Part shown: positions 24,690 through 37,575 of the stretch, piece by piece
Layout of the letters: each line of letters opens with the position of its first letter
How positions within the stretch are numbered: the stretch's first letter is position 1
Assembly (NCBI GenBank): GCA_013239625.1
Contig: MU056550.1
Coordinates: forward strand, 1,039,720-1,103,719
Length of the DNA: 64,000 nucleotides
Source of the DNA: Lama guanicoe
Lineage: Eukaryota
Reading direction: 5' to 3'
Position numbers and translations under genes: made by a program
The notes under the pieces: generated by a model
What the model was told of the DNA's origin: nothing
Database searches by the model: none
What the model saw: only the letters and a program-made list of their open reading frames with translations

Positions 24690-27660
24690 TGACATGAAAG
24701 AAATCGCTCATCTTTACACAATTTGGTTAAGTCATGACATATACACAAATATATATCCCAGAATCCAACACCACAGTCAAAAGAATGAACATATTTATCA
24801 CTCCCCCAAACTTCCTCATGTCCTTTTGTTATCCTTTTTTCCCTCTCCTCCCCCCTCCCACAGCAACCACTAATACACTTCCTGTCACTATAGATTAGTT
24901 TGCAATTTGGGGGGTTTTATGCATCAATGTACCCAAACAGCACATGCCTCCTTTTGTCTGGCTTTTTTCACTCCACACAGTTATTCTGAGATTCATCCCC
25001 ACCAGAGCAGGTATCAACAGTGCATTTCTCTTTTTTGCTGAGTTTAATATTTAGCATTGTATGAATGTACTGCAACGTGTGATCCATTTACCTGTGGACG
25101 AATATTTAGACTACTCCCAGTATTTTAGGGGCTTTTCTTCTTTTCTTTTTTTTTTAAATTTTTTACTGGAGTGTAGTTGATTTACAATGTTAGTTTCAGG
25201 TGTACAGCAAAGGGATTCAGTTATACATCTACATACATATATATTTTCTCTTTTCATATTCTTTTCCATTATATGTTTTTACAAGGAATTGAATATAGTT
25301 CCCTTTGGTATACAGTAGGTCCTTGTTGTTTATCTATTCTATACATAGTAATGCGTGTCTGCTCCCAGTTTTTGACTGTAAAATAAAGCAGCTCTGAGTG
25401 TTTGTGTACAAATCTTCGCGTGGACATAAGCTTTCATTCCTCTTGAGTAAATAAGGGATCCAAGGGGTAGGGGAGATCATAGGGAGGGTATAGCTCAGTG
25501 GTAGGGTGTCTGCTTAGCATGTGCGAGATCCTGGTTCAATCCCCAGTACCTCCATTAAAATAAATAAACCTAATTACTCCCCCCCAAAAATTAAATTAAA
25601 AAAAAGTTCCATTTCCAGGTATTCCCTGTCCTCATCGAGACTTGAATGGTGACTCTTTTTCATTGCTGCCATTCTAATAGGTATGTAGATGTTTCATTGA
25701 GATTTTAATTTGCATTCCCCTAACCACTAGTGGTGTTGAGGATGTTTGCATGTGCTCATTTACCATGTGTATATCTTCTTTGGTGAAGTGTCTGTTCAAA
25801 TATTTTCTACAATTTTTAATCGGATTGTTTGTTTTCTTATCATTGAGAGAGATAAAAAAAATCGTTTGTTTTCTTTTCAATTGAGACTCCTTTAAATACT
25901 CTGTATCCAAATCTTTATCAGATACAGGNNNNNNNNNNNNNNNNNNNNNNNNNNNNNNNNNNNNNNNNNNNNNNNNNNNNNNNNNNNNNNNNNNNNNNNN
26001 NNNNNNNNNNNNNNNNNNNNNNNNNNNNNNNNNNNNNNNNNNNNNNNNNNNNNNNNNNNNNAGAAATCTGTGCTAAATCCAAGGTCAGGGAGAGTCTCTC
26101 CTGTGTTTTCTTCTGGAAGCTGTATAGTTTTAAGTTTTACATTTAGTTCTATGATTCATTTTGAGTGTTTCGGTTTTGCTTTGTTGTTTTGGTTTTAGTT
26201 TGTTTTGTTTTGTTTGCATACAGATATTCCATGGTTTCAGCACTATTTTTTGCAAAGACTATTCTTTCTTTCTGCACTGAATTGTCTTTGCACCTTTGTT
26301 GAAAATCAATTGACCATAAATGTGTACATCTATTTCTGAACACTCTATTCTGTGCTGTTGACCTATTTAAAGAATTGAAAAACTATCCTTTCTCCAGTGA
26401 ATTGCCTTTGCACCTTTGTCGAAAACCAACTGACCATATACATGCAAGTCTATTTCTTGAGTCTCTATTCTGTTCCACTGATCTATTTGCATATTTGATA
26501 CATTTGCACTGATGACACATTTTTTTTTATTACATGAGCTTTATAGTAAGTCTTGAATCAAGTAGCATGAAGTCCTTCAACTTTCTTCTTCTTCCATGTT
26601 ATTTTGGCCATTCTAGGTCCATATAAATTTTAGAATCAGCTTGTCCTACCAAAAAAGCCCACTGAGATTTTGACAGGAGCAGTGTTGATTTTGTAGGTCA
26701 ACTTGTGGAGATTCGACACCTTACCAACACTGAGTCTTTGTACCATGAATATAACATAGGCCTCTATTTAGGATTTCTCTAATTTTTCTGTAGTCTTCAA
26801 TGCACAGGTCTTAACACATTTTTGTCAGATGTCTCCTTAAGTATTTAATATTTTTATGTTATTTTGAAAATTTTCAATCTCTGACTGATCATCTCTATTA
26901 TATAATAATACAATTTAGTTTTGTATTGTATCCTGCAACATTATTAAGCTCACTAATTCGAGTATCTGTTTTGTTGATCTACAGAATTCTAGAAAGTTTC
27001 TTCCTTTCAGTACTTTTAAATTGTTGCTCCCTTATCTTCTGGATCACCTTGATTCCAGCAAGAAGACTGCTGAAATTTGTGCTTCTCTAGCCATAATGTG
27101 CCCTTTTTCTCTCTGGCTGCTTTTAGATTTTCTCTTTATTGCTAGTTTTAAATAGTTTGATTATGATGTCATTTGGTGTCATTTTCTTCATGTTTCTTGT
27201 GCTTTTGGCTCTTTGAGTTTCTTGGATCTGTGGGCTTATAGTTTTCATCAGATTTGAAAAAATTGTATCTATTGTTTCTTGGAATATTTTTTCTGCACTT
27301 CTTCCTTTTAGGACTCAGTTGCATGTATATTAGCCTTCTTGAAGTTATCCCACACTGTGTTTCTTTCTTTCCAGCCTTTTTCCCTCCATGTTTCTTTGTG
27401 GATAGTTTCTCTTACTGTGAGAATTAGAGCTCACTAGTCTTGTCTCCTGCAGTGTCTAATCTGCTTTGAACTCCATTCAGTGTATTTTTCCTCTTTAGAA
27501 GTTTGATTTGGGTCATATGCGTCTTCAGCGTCTCTCCTGAACACCCTCTTCTCCACTAATGTCATCACCTCTGTCATTTCTGTGTCTCTTTCGACTGATT
27601 GATATTTCTCTCTATTATGAGTTGCAGTTTCCTGATTCATCACATGCTTGGTGGTTTTTC
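24690..27660 (-). mobile_element. Fragmented L1M (3'UTR, ORF2 and ORF1 remnants) with a younger L1 3' end nested at ~25140-25360
   Basis: Minus-strand ORFs with L1 ORF2 similarity (KTNNPIKNCRKYLNRHFTKEDIHMVNEHM). L1 3'UTR antisense: gtagttgatttacaatgttagtttcaggtgtacagcaaag. Confidence 0.75.
25481..25605 (+). mobile_element. Vic-1-type SINE
   Basis: gggagggtatagctcagtggtag...ctggttcaatccccagtacctccattaaaataaataaacctaattac. Confidence 0.88.
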
Positions 27661-28384
27661 ATCAGGGTATGTCATTTCAGATAAAATCAAAGCCTCTCTG
27701 AGGCAATGACATTAGATTGGAGACTGACTATTGAGAAGCAGCCAGCAGCCTTCTTCATCTGGACTGACACTGGTAAGAAGAAAGTGCATCTCCCTTTAAT
27801 CTGTATTTCCCTGATTACTGATGAGGCTAAGTATCTTTCCAGGCTTGGACATTTGAATTTTGAAAAGAAGACATTCATTTTTGTTTTTGCCCATTTTACC
27901 CCTATTATTTTGTGAATCTTTCACATCAATTTGTAATAGTTTTTTAATATATTAAGACAAGTAAGTCTTGACACATAGTACAGATATTTCTCACAATTTG
28001 TCTTTTGTGTTTCAAAGTTGAGCTCTTCCCTACCCCTGAAAGGCAGCTAATTCTTACTCTCCGTTATTCCAACCTCCCTTATGATGCTCCATTACTCCCC
28101 AAAACCCTTATCACCTGCCATATTACATATTCATTTGTGTTATGTTTTCTTTTATGATTGTCTGCTAACTAGAAAATAAACTGTATAAGGGTAGAGATAT
28201 ATCTGTTTTATTTACTGTGTGTCCTCCGAGCATCAAGAACAGAGCACGTGATAAGTGCTTATTAAATATATTTTGGGGATTAAAAGTGTTCATCTTGTTT
28301 TAATGTGGTTTTTTTTTCATTAAAATGGATCACCTTTTCCATTATGATTTCTGACTCTAAGATATCTTTCCCATTTCAAGAATA

Positions 28385-28555
28385 TTTGTTTTATTTTTGT
28401 TTGTTTGGGGTATTTTTCGGGGGGGGGAGTAATTAGCTGCATGTATGTAGGTGTTTATTTATTTATTTATTTATTTAATGGCAGTGCTGGAGATTGAACC
28501 CAGGACCTTGTGCATGCTAAGCATGTGCTGTACCACTGAGCTATACCCTCCCCCC
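28385..28555 (-). mobile_element. Vic-1-type SINE
   Basis: gggattgaacccaggaccttgtgcatgctaagcatgtgctgtaccactgagctataccctccccc. Confidence 0.88.
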
Positions 28556-28869
28556 TGAGCCAATGAATTTTTAACGGTTCGAATTTCAAATTTTGTACAA
28601 AGTGAAGTGAAACAATAAAAAAGATAAGAGCAGGGGTTGGTGAGGAGAGTTGGAGAAAGATTTCTGATCAGGATCGTCTTTCCTTTCCTGGGTTCTCAGC
28701 TCTCCAGGAGATACCTACTTTCCTTCGCTCCTCCCCTGAACCCGAAGAGCTGAAATTCCCATGGTTCTGGGCTGGGGGAGCAGGCTGGGTAAGCAAGGTT
28801 CCTTCCAGGCTCAAAGGCAGCTGGGCGAGCCTCTAGTCTGGTTTAACATTGAGCCAGTGTGGTGGTGAA

Positions 28870-28888
28870 GGGCGCCATCTGGTGGTAG
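28870..28888 (-). promoter_or_regulatory. CTCF motif (reverse orientation)
   Basis: Reverse complement ctaccaccagatggcgccc closely matches the CTCF core CCACCAGRKGGCRS. Confidence 0.65.
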
Positions 28889-30426
28889 ACATGAGAATGC
28901 CTCCAGACGCTCAGTAATTTATCTTTTCCGTTGAGAATCCCAGGAAGACGCTGGATGGGGGTTGAAGCAGGGTTTAACTGGATGAGCCAGGCTTTAATTT
29001 TTCGAGAATCTCTTCAGCTTAGGGGGTACTGAGATGGTTTCTTCCCCACCTCAGCTTTGGGGATGCCAGGGCAGCAATCACAGGCAGAGCTCCCCTGGTT
29101 GCGCTCCTAGGGACTCCAGAATGTCCCATGCCCGCAGGCAAGGAATTCCCTCACAGAGTCCCCAGATTCCTCCTTCAGGGTCAGCCTTGTCCTTTCCACT
29201 TCTGGAATGTACTTCCCTCCATTCATGCCCAGCCCTCAGGGCCTCCTTCGCCTAGAGAACACCCAAGGCAGCCCCTGGTCTGAGTGGTCCAGCCTGGGTC
29301 AGACTACCTGAGTGACCCTGGTGCCACATGCCTGCAGCTCAGCCTGCATCTCCACACTGTGGCTCTCCTGCCCACAGCAGCTCTGGGTTCGAGCCTTGCT
29401 TTGTGGCTTCCCCTTCCTGGCTGCACCTGAAGCCAACGCTCAGCTCTTTCACATCAGAAAGATTCATTGTAAAATTCAGCAGTGATTCAGGCAGTAACAA
29501 CATAACAACTGAAGCTCTAGTACCTTCCAGACCTTTGCTCGGTCTTATTCCTGAAGCCCTTCCTCTCTCAGAAGCTCCACTGACCTGCCCTTCTTTCTAA
29601 TTCCTTTGCCTCAACCCTGCCACTTCTCATGTAGAGGGGGGAAAGATTGGTTCAGTGGATAACTGCATTGTCTAAATTCTAGAGGTTATCCCTCTGAGCT
29701 TTCTGATCCCAGTTCACTGTAGTGTAGAGATAACTGACAGCAAGATGAAAATAATTCTTATCTATAGATATGGAAATTCTGTCCTGTCCCTATTTCAAGA
29801 GATTGAAATGATTTTCCTCCCGCCCCACCTCTTTGTGGAAAAACCGGTTTGGCTCAGCTTTGCACATTCCTTTCAATATTCCTGGTCTATAAATCTGTCT
29901 GTTCTTTGGGTTTTCTTTTAAATCTACTCGAACACCTGCCTGGTTATCTCATGGATTACTTAGTCGAATAAAATCTTTAACACGTGCTTATTTTTCCATC
30001 GGCAGGAGATTCATGATTTTGTCTTTGATTGAAAATAATCTTTGAACACTGAACTGGGTAGGCTCTGCACCCAGAAAAGCTCAGCTCCCTGGCATTGAGA
30101 CCTGGAGAGGTCTCTTATCAGGCGGAACAACAGAAGCGCCTGGGTTCCTCTTCGATTGCCCTCTGGCCTCTGGTGGAGATCTCACCTCTGTGTCCTGGTC
30201 CCCACAGGGAGCAGCATGTGGGACTGGTGATCGTGTCATGAAGGCAAAGTTGCGATTTTTCTGGAGCGGTGGGAGGAGGCTTGCTTTGAAGGTTTCCGTA
30301 TTGTTTTGCCCTAAAGCAGTTCAAGGCTAGCTCCTGGCCATCCACGCACTTGCCAGGAGCTAAAACGGTTGGCTTTTGAAGGCTTTAAAAATGTTTTAGC
30401 CTTCTTCAAGAAAAAGTTGCTACCAG

Positions 30427-32090
30427 AGGAAACATTTTCTGACGTAAATCTTAGCAATGTTCTCCTAGGGAAGTCTACCCAGGAAAGAGAAATAAGAGCA
30501 GAAATAAACAAATTGGACCTAAATTAAACATATAAGCTTTTGCACAGCAAAGGAAACCATAAGAAAAACAAAACAACAACCTATGGAATGGGAGAAAATA
30601 TTTGCAAATGATGCGACTGACAAAGGTTTAATTTCCAGAATATATAAACAGCTCATATAACTTAATAACAAGAAAACAAACTGGTGGGAATGAAGTTTGG
30701 TGCAGCCACTATGGAAAACAGTATGGAGATTCCTCAAAAAACTAAAAATAGACTTAGCATATGATCCAGCAATCCCACTCCTGGGCATGTATCCAGGGAA
30801 TTCTCATTCGAAAAGACATGCACCCCAATGTTCATATATACAATATATGTATACACTATATACAATANNNNNNNNNNNNNNNNNNNNNNNNNNNNNNNNN
30901 NNNNNNNNNNNNNNNNNNNNNNNNNNNNNNNNNNNNNNNNNNNNNNNNNNNNNNNNNNNNNNNNNNNNNNNNNNNNNNNNNNNNNNNNNNNNNNNNNNNN
31001 NNNNNNNNNNNNNNNNNNNNNNNNNNGTAAGCCAGAAAGAGAAAGAAAAAGACCATATTGTGGCAGAAGGGAAGGGGGCAGGACACAGCCATTCAAGGAA
31101 AGACAGCAATTAACACCAAAATGGTGGAAAATTCAACTTCCTTTAGGCCTTGAGGCTCAAGATGGTGGGAGAGTTGACTTCTAGTAGACCTTGAGCTTCA
31201 TTATATGCTCATTGTAATATATTAGCATGATAAATAACATGCCTGCTGGAGCCGAGACATTTCCAAGGCTAACCATAAAAGGTCAAAGAGTGGGCAGTGG
31301 CCCAATTCCTGGGAATCTCAGCCCCTTTACCAGGGTAGTTGGAATCGTCCTCCCACTTGCTGGCGCGTGAAGCTACCAAGCCCATAAAAACTGGCAAAAC
31401 CATGCCTCTTGGCCTCTCTCACTCCCTTGTCTTTGGAGACGCGCTGCACTCTGTCTATGGAGTTTGTAGCTACTTTTACTTTAACCTGAGCCTCCAACCC
31501 TCACACCTCGTGGCCTTTCTCTAGTCATTTGAAACAGCCTACACTCTATATAGTATGTATCTCTCTAAATAAATCTACCTTTAATCTAAATATATCACTC
31601 TTGAATTCTTTCCTGAATGAAGCCAAAGGCCCACACTTGGCAGGGCGCATCCCAAGGACTCAACCGAGACCAGGGACGTGGCCCTCCTCTCACCCCACAT
31701 TTGTTTTTTTTTCCTTGCATCAATATGATATCACTCATATGGAATCTTAAAAAAAAAAGAAAAGAAAAAAGAGGATGCTAATGAACTCATCTACAAAATA
31801 GAAAGACTTGCAGACATAGTAAACAATCTTATAGTTACCAGGGGAAAGGGGTGGGAAGGGATAAATTTTGGAGTCTGAGAATTGCAAATGTTAACCACTA
31901 TACATATATAGATTTTTAAAAAATTTCTTCTGTATAGCACAGGGAATTATATTCAATATTTTGTAATAACCTTTAATGAAAAAGAATATGAAAGCTAATC
32001 TATGTATATATATATATATATACATATGACTGGGAGGTTATGCTGTACATCAGAAAGTGATACATTGTAACCAACTATGTTTCAATTTTT
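30427..32090 (+). mobile_element. 5'-truncated younger L1 (ORF2 end and 3'UTR) with a perfect 16-bp TSD
   Basis: ORF2 C-terminal peptide [35 protein letters not shown] aaaaagttgctaccag at 30411-30426 and 32091-32106. Confidence 0.9.
31059..31722 (+). mobile_element. Solo ERV LTR (664 bp, ERV1-like) inserted in the L1
   Basis: TG...CA ends and a 4-bp TSD atat (31055-31058 / 31723-31726). It splits the L1 motif accatat|gatatcactc. TATA-like cataaaa at ~31383 and AATAAA at 31568-31573. Confidence 0.88.
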
Positions 32091-32106
32091 AAAAAGTTGC
32101 TACCAG

Positions 32107-32304
32107 GGGCCTGGGTGGGAGGGGGAACGAGGAGTTTGTATTTAACAGGGACAGAGTTTCAGTTTGGGATGATGAAAGAGTTCTGGAGATGGATAACGGT
32201 GAAAGTTGCAGGACAGTGTGAATGTACTTAATGTCATTGAACTGTATGCTCCAAAATGGTTAAAATGGTAAATTTTATGTTATGTATATTTTACCAAAGT
32301 TAAA
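32107..32304 (+). mobile_element. Older L1MB-like 3' end
   Basis: gggacagagtttcagtttgggatgatgaaagagttctggagatggat...aaaatggtaaattttatgttatgtatattttacca. Confidence 0.85.
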
Positions 32305-32906
32305 AAGAAAAAGTTGCTAATTTGAATACTCTTCTGGGTGGGTTCCTGTGGAGAAAGCAGAAATTGGACAAGATTTCACAGCTTTCGTGTGTGTGTATGT
32401 GTGATTTTTAAAAATAAACCTTCCTCCTCCCACCCCATCCCCTCAGTTCTCAACCAAACAACAAATAATGATGGTGACTCACCATCTAGAAGGTTCCACT
32501 GAATGGAATGGAGGAGATAAAAAGAAGGAGCCAGCAGTGTGAGGGGAGATGGGTTTGCCTGTCAATAGGATACTCGCTATTGTTCCAAAAGGATTGTTCA
32601 GGTAGCAAATGATCTTGAAACCATCTTTGAACTGGCTTAGCCATAAGCAAGAAGGTTTGGTAGGATTCTGGAGGTGCTGGAGGGGTAACAGTTTCCTGTT
32701 GTTGCTGTTGCCAATTACCACAAACCTGTCTGCTTAAAACAACACAAATGGAATCTCTTACAGTTCTGGACATCGGGCGTCTAATGAGTTTTCATATGTT
32801 TGCCAACTATTTGTATTTCTGCCATGAATTGCCTCTTTATAGCTTTTGCCCACCTATTGGGATGTTTCTTTTATTTCTTTTTTTGAAGTTGAATTTATTC
32901 ATTTTA

Positions 32907-33044
32907 CTATTTTTTTAATTAATGTTTTTGTGGGGAGAGGGAAGTAGTTAGGTTTATTTATTTTTTAAGTGGAGGTACTGGGGATTGAACCCAGGGCCTC
33001 ACGCATGCTGAGCATGCGCTCTGCCACTGAGCTATACAATCCCC
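32907..33044 (-). mobile_element. Vic-1-type SINE
   Basis: ggaggtactggggattgaacccagggcctcacgcatgctgagcatgcgctctgccactgagctatac; flanked by ttcatttta on both sides. Confidence 0.88.
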
Positions 33045-33997
33045 TTCATTTTATTTCTTATTAGCTTGTGAGATGTTTTCAAATTGGAAACATCAACACT
33101 TCCCCCTTTATGCACCAAATATTTTCCCCATTCAGTCTTCTTTCTTTCAACCATGTATCTGGTTTGTCTTATCCTTCAGAAAACTTTTAAAAATATAATC
33201 AAATGTGTCAATACTTTCTTTTACAGTTTTGGCTTTGTAGCAAACTTAGAAAGTCTTTCTATACCCAGGATAATTTTAAAAAGAAAAGTTTAAAAAAAGA
33301 AAGGAATCCATATTTTCTTCTGGTACTTCTCCAACTTCCTGTTTTAAAGTTAAATCTTTGCTCTACCTGGAATGTGTTTTCCTGTAAGAAGTGAGATTGG
33401 AATTGAGCTAAGTAGTCTTTCAAAGTGACCAGCCAGGATCATGAAAAAAATAATCTGTCTTTTCCTGATGGGTTTGATCTGAAATCCAGCCGTTATCACA
33501 TCCTGAACTCCCAAGCATCAGGACTCTCCACTGTGATCGCTGGCACAGTTGTCCTGACTGTAATAACCTACCCACTTGTCTTTGTCCCCATGGGACTGTG
33601 AGTCACCTGAAGATGCGGACTTGGTCCTGTTCAACCTTATACTCGGTGCTCAGCACATAGGAGACACTCAATAAATATTTGGTCAAATAAATGAATACTG
33701 ACAGATGGTGCCATGCGGCACCATTGATGCTTTTCCCCAGAGGGTCCTACTCCTCTCTCCCCAGCGTGAATGCACAGCCAGCTCTCATCTCCATGGAGGA
33801 TGTGCAGGCAAAGGTACGGTTTCAGAGGCAGTTAGGCAATTCAAGGGAGACTTCTGTGCGCGTGGCCAACCCTTGCTTGCATTTCAGGCTGGGTGAGCTC
33901 CTTAGAAAGCCACCTGAGTGGCAGGGCACATGCAGCAAGGCCATGGGCAGATTGTGCAGTCATTTCATGGACTGGATAATGATTTTAAGTCTTCATG

Positions 33998-34155
33998 GAG
34001 GGGGAGGATATAGCTCAGTAATAGACTGTGTGCTTAGCAGGCATGAGGTCCTGGGTTCAATCCCCAGTACCTCCATTCAAATAAATAAGTAAACAAATAA
34101 ACCTAATTACCTCCCCCCAAAACAAAAAGAAGCAAAAATAAAATATATATTTTTA
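33998..34155 (+). mobile_element. Vic-1-type SINE
   Basis: ggggaggatatagctcagtaatag...gtcctgggttcaatccccagtacctcc; cttcatgga repeated on both flanks. Confidence 0.88.
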
Positions 34156-35075
34156 AAGGCTTCATGGAAAACGCTATACTATAGTCCAAAATAGGAACTG
34201 TGGTGTTTTCCTTCCTTCGTTTCTTTCTTTCGGTTTAAGGTAGTTTGATACTTTGAACCATAGGGTGATGAGGTTGTTGGATTTGATGTAAGGGGCTCAA
34301 TAAGAAGGCAGGAGAAATGGTTAAAACCATGAATAAGAGAGAGTTTTCTATCCAAGTCATGCCACTGTGTTTCAAGACATCAGTGTCCTGGTTCAGTGGA
34401 AACAGCCACTCAGTTCACATTTGGGAGGACCTCACTCAGATCTGAGTTTGCCAAATGGGGTGCTTTCCACCTTGTACCACATTGCCCAACTGTGCCCTAT
34501 TGTTCAAGGTATCAAACTGTATTGAGCTTCCAGCCTCCACCCTTCAGTGACCACTCCCTCCAAGGGGACACCTACCACCATGGGGGCTTTCTTCGACACT
34601 GAGAACTTCCACCCATTGATTTCGATTCTGTGTTTTGATGCCACACATCAAATACTAGTGGAACCTTCTTCCCTTTGTCGGTAATTTTGTGATCAGAAGG
34701 CAGAAATCACAGCCCCTGGATATGTTATTCCTACCCATATGGCCCCCATACATCCCTGTCTTCAGTTTTTGCTCATGGAAGGGATTAATTGACACTTGTG
34801 AAGTGGCGCAAAGGGTAAGACCCTCATTTTATATGTGGCTTGGGTGCCTTGGTGAAAAGAAACAAAACAGCAGAGGCTGTGTGCCACCTGCCCAGATGTT
34901 GACAAGGACACTGAATCATGGGGTGAGGAATGGACTAGATTCCCTTCCAAGGTCCCTCTAGCCAGATGGTCTCTGGTTCTGTGACTTTGAAAGGTCAACA
35001 TCTTAAGTGTCCAGCTGTCCATTTGAGAGGTCAGGCTGGACCAGAATCCTAAAGAGGAGAAGAACTCTCCACAGA

Positions 35076-35093
35076 TGACCACCAGAGGGTGCC
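35076..35093 (+). promoter_or_regulatory. CTCF motif (forward orientation)
   Basis: tgaccaccagagggtgcc matches the CTCF core. Confidence 0.6.
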
Positions 35094-37422
35094 CTCCGTT
35101 TCTTTGACCACTGCAGGGAACTCTTCAGCTGCCCAGACCTGCAGGCAGCATTTCAGATGTGCACAAAGAAGGCCAAACAGACCACCCCAACTTTCTGTCC
35201 TCCTCCTGTGATGGGAAGACAGTGGTGGAGCCAAAGGAAGAGTGTGGGCCACAAGGAAGTGAGCAGGTCAGAATGACCTGGTGGGAGCCCTGAACTTTGC
35301 TCTCAGCCTCCATCTGCTAACACATTCAGTCCCCACCAGCCACACAACCATCTGCTACTCTCCAAACACTCTGGAGATGATCCATCCACATTCTCTCCAC
35401 TTGGTGAGCTCCTACACAATCTTCAAGGCCCAGTTCAAATGGCCTCTCAGCCCTCCCATTTTGTGTTCCCATGGCACCAGCATTCATTGCTTTCAATGCT
35501 AATTACCCATGTGCCCTTCTGTCCCAGCGAACATGAGTTCTGCCAGGGACAACTTGCTCAGCTCCAAGCAGAGACTTGTGAGCATAGGGCCTGGCACAAA
35601 GCGAAGAGCACTGCACCTCACCAGCATTATATCATGTTTCCACCTTCCTCCGCCACTTGGAGAGGCTTCCCTGAGGGCACAGTCTGATGCCTCTCTCTGG
35701 GCCTGGGCCTCACGCCGCCCAGCACAGGGCCTGGCAAAGTAAGCTCTCAAGTTTGCTAGAATGAAGTTGCCTCCTTTGGAGTATGTAACTTGCTTCTTCT
35801 CCCTGCAGACGGCGTGGCTTCTTTTTTCAGTCTACACACATCTATCAGGCATTTTCTATTGTGCTCTGGATGGACCGAGCTGGGTGCCAGGGTTGGGGAT
35901 GGAAGTTGAGGAGGTGTCCTGTCCCAGCTGGGAGGAGGAGACAATAACAGAAGAGAGACGCAGAGCCCAACCCCTGGACCTCCTTAATGTTTATCAACCT
36001 CTTTCATTTTACAGATGAGGAAACTGAGGCTCAGGGAGGGGAGAGGTTCACATGGGAAATTGTTGGCAGACCGAGCCCTTCACTCTGATTTCCTGACACT
36101 CCTGCTTGGATTTGCTGCAGGTCTTTTGAGTTTGCTGCATCACAGCTAAACACAACCGTCCCAGAGGCTTAGCCAGTTCCTTTATTGTATGAATCCATGA
36201 AACACAAACCAAGGAGTTCCCATTTTGGTCACAGAAGATGAGCTCTACCCACAGAAGCAATTGCTCGCTTTTCAAAAGATCATTTAAAATGTGCTCTTAG
36301 AGAGGTTTTTGAGCAGCTAAACTTTGGATCGACCCTAATAAGAAAGAACCTAGACTTTGCAAATGGACAGACCTGGGTTCAAGGTCCCTCCCAGGCTATG
36401 CAGAGCTGATTCATGATGTAACCTCCCAGAGCCTCAATGTTCTCACCTGTAAAATGGAGATAATACTATTCCAGGTAAGGGAAGACGAGGTGAGATAAGG
36501 AATGGAAAACACCAGTTTCGGGCCCTGGTCCCCAGCAGGTGCTCACTAATGGGATTTATCAGTTGAAGTGAGCTGCAAATTGTGTGCATCCCCTCCCAAT
36601 GCCAAGTCCAGTGACGTCCTGCTGGTAGTTTGAAGTAGGCCACAGTGGGAATATTTACCTCGTGGAAATTCGCAAACATGACAAATCAGGAATCTTTCTG
36701 TTTCCCAAGAGCTGATTGTTCAACATCTACCAGACCTCCCAGAGTAGCATCATTATCGCTGAGAATAATCATAACTTATTCACCCCAGGCAGACACAACA
36801 CACACCAGTTTGGCTATTTTTACTGACATGACCGCTCATTTCAGTTAGCATAGTTGATTTCACAAAATGGTTGATTGGTTTCCCCACCCCCCGGACCCCA
36901 TTTCAGGGGCCATAGTGTTGTGCGGAGACTCTACTCAGTCCAACAATCAGCTGGACCCCTTTCTTGATGCAGCCTGTCACACACCCTTCAAAACAGGAGG
37001 CCCCCCTCGCCTCCCTGGGAGGAAACTGGGTCAGCAGTCCCGGGGCTCCCCAGGGTTGGCAAGAGCTGTTTTCCTTGTGGGACACTGTGTGCACACATGA
37101 GCTGGTTTCTCGCCCAGGTCTGGCTCTGGGTCCAGCTCTGGGTCCAGCTCTGGGTCCGGGTGGGAGTCGGGCTCCTTTTCGTTTTTCTGGATGCTCAGGG
37201 CAGGCTCATTTGTGGGGACACCCCCAAACCCCAACACACTGCCAAGTCTCCACCCTGGGGCCTGACCCCTCCACCCTAGGCAGGACCACTGGTGGGCCTC
37301 GCTGGAGCACAGGGGCAGCGAGAAGATTCTGCCTCCTGGGAAGCCTTGGGAGTCAGCTTTCTTGGAAGAGGGATTGGTTGCCTGGTGACAGCGCCTGGGC
37401 CTCTCCCGGGTGGGCTGAGCAG

Positions 37423-37439
37423 AAAGGGGAAGTGTGGTC
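37423..37439 (+). promoter_or_regulatory. PU.1/Spi plus RUNX overlapping motif in the putative SCIMP promoter
   Basis: AAAGGGGAAGTG (PU.1 consensus) overlaps TGTGGTC (RUNX), ~140 bp upstream of the exon 1 donor. Confidence 0.65.
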
Positions 37440-37479
37440 AGGCTGGCACTCAGGCTTGGGGTGATGGGAAGGCCTGTGG

Positions 37480-37575
37480 GCGAGGAACCGCCTCTTCCCA
37501 GCTACACCCAAGCCACGGCACTCAGGGCCCTGCTGCCCCCTCAGCCGCTCACATCTGGACACCTTTACAGCTCAG
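37480..37575 (+). other. SCIMP: SCIMP exon 1 (5' boundary approximate; probably non-coding or CTG-initiated)
   Basis: CTG GAC ACC TTT ACA GCT CAG|gtaagc = (L)DTFTAQ, matching recalled human MDTFTVQ. Strong phase-0 donor, in frame with exon 2. Confidence 0.8.

Noticed and set aside
30697-31184. ORFs spanning the N gap
   Set aside because: An L1 ORF2 C-terminal remnant extended artificially through Ns; not a functional gene.
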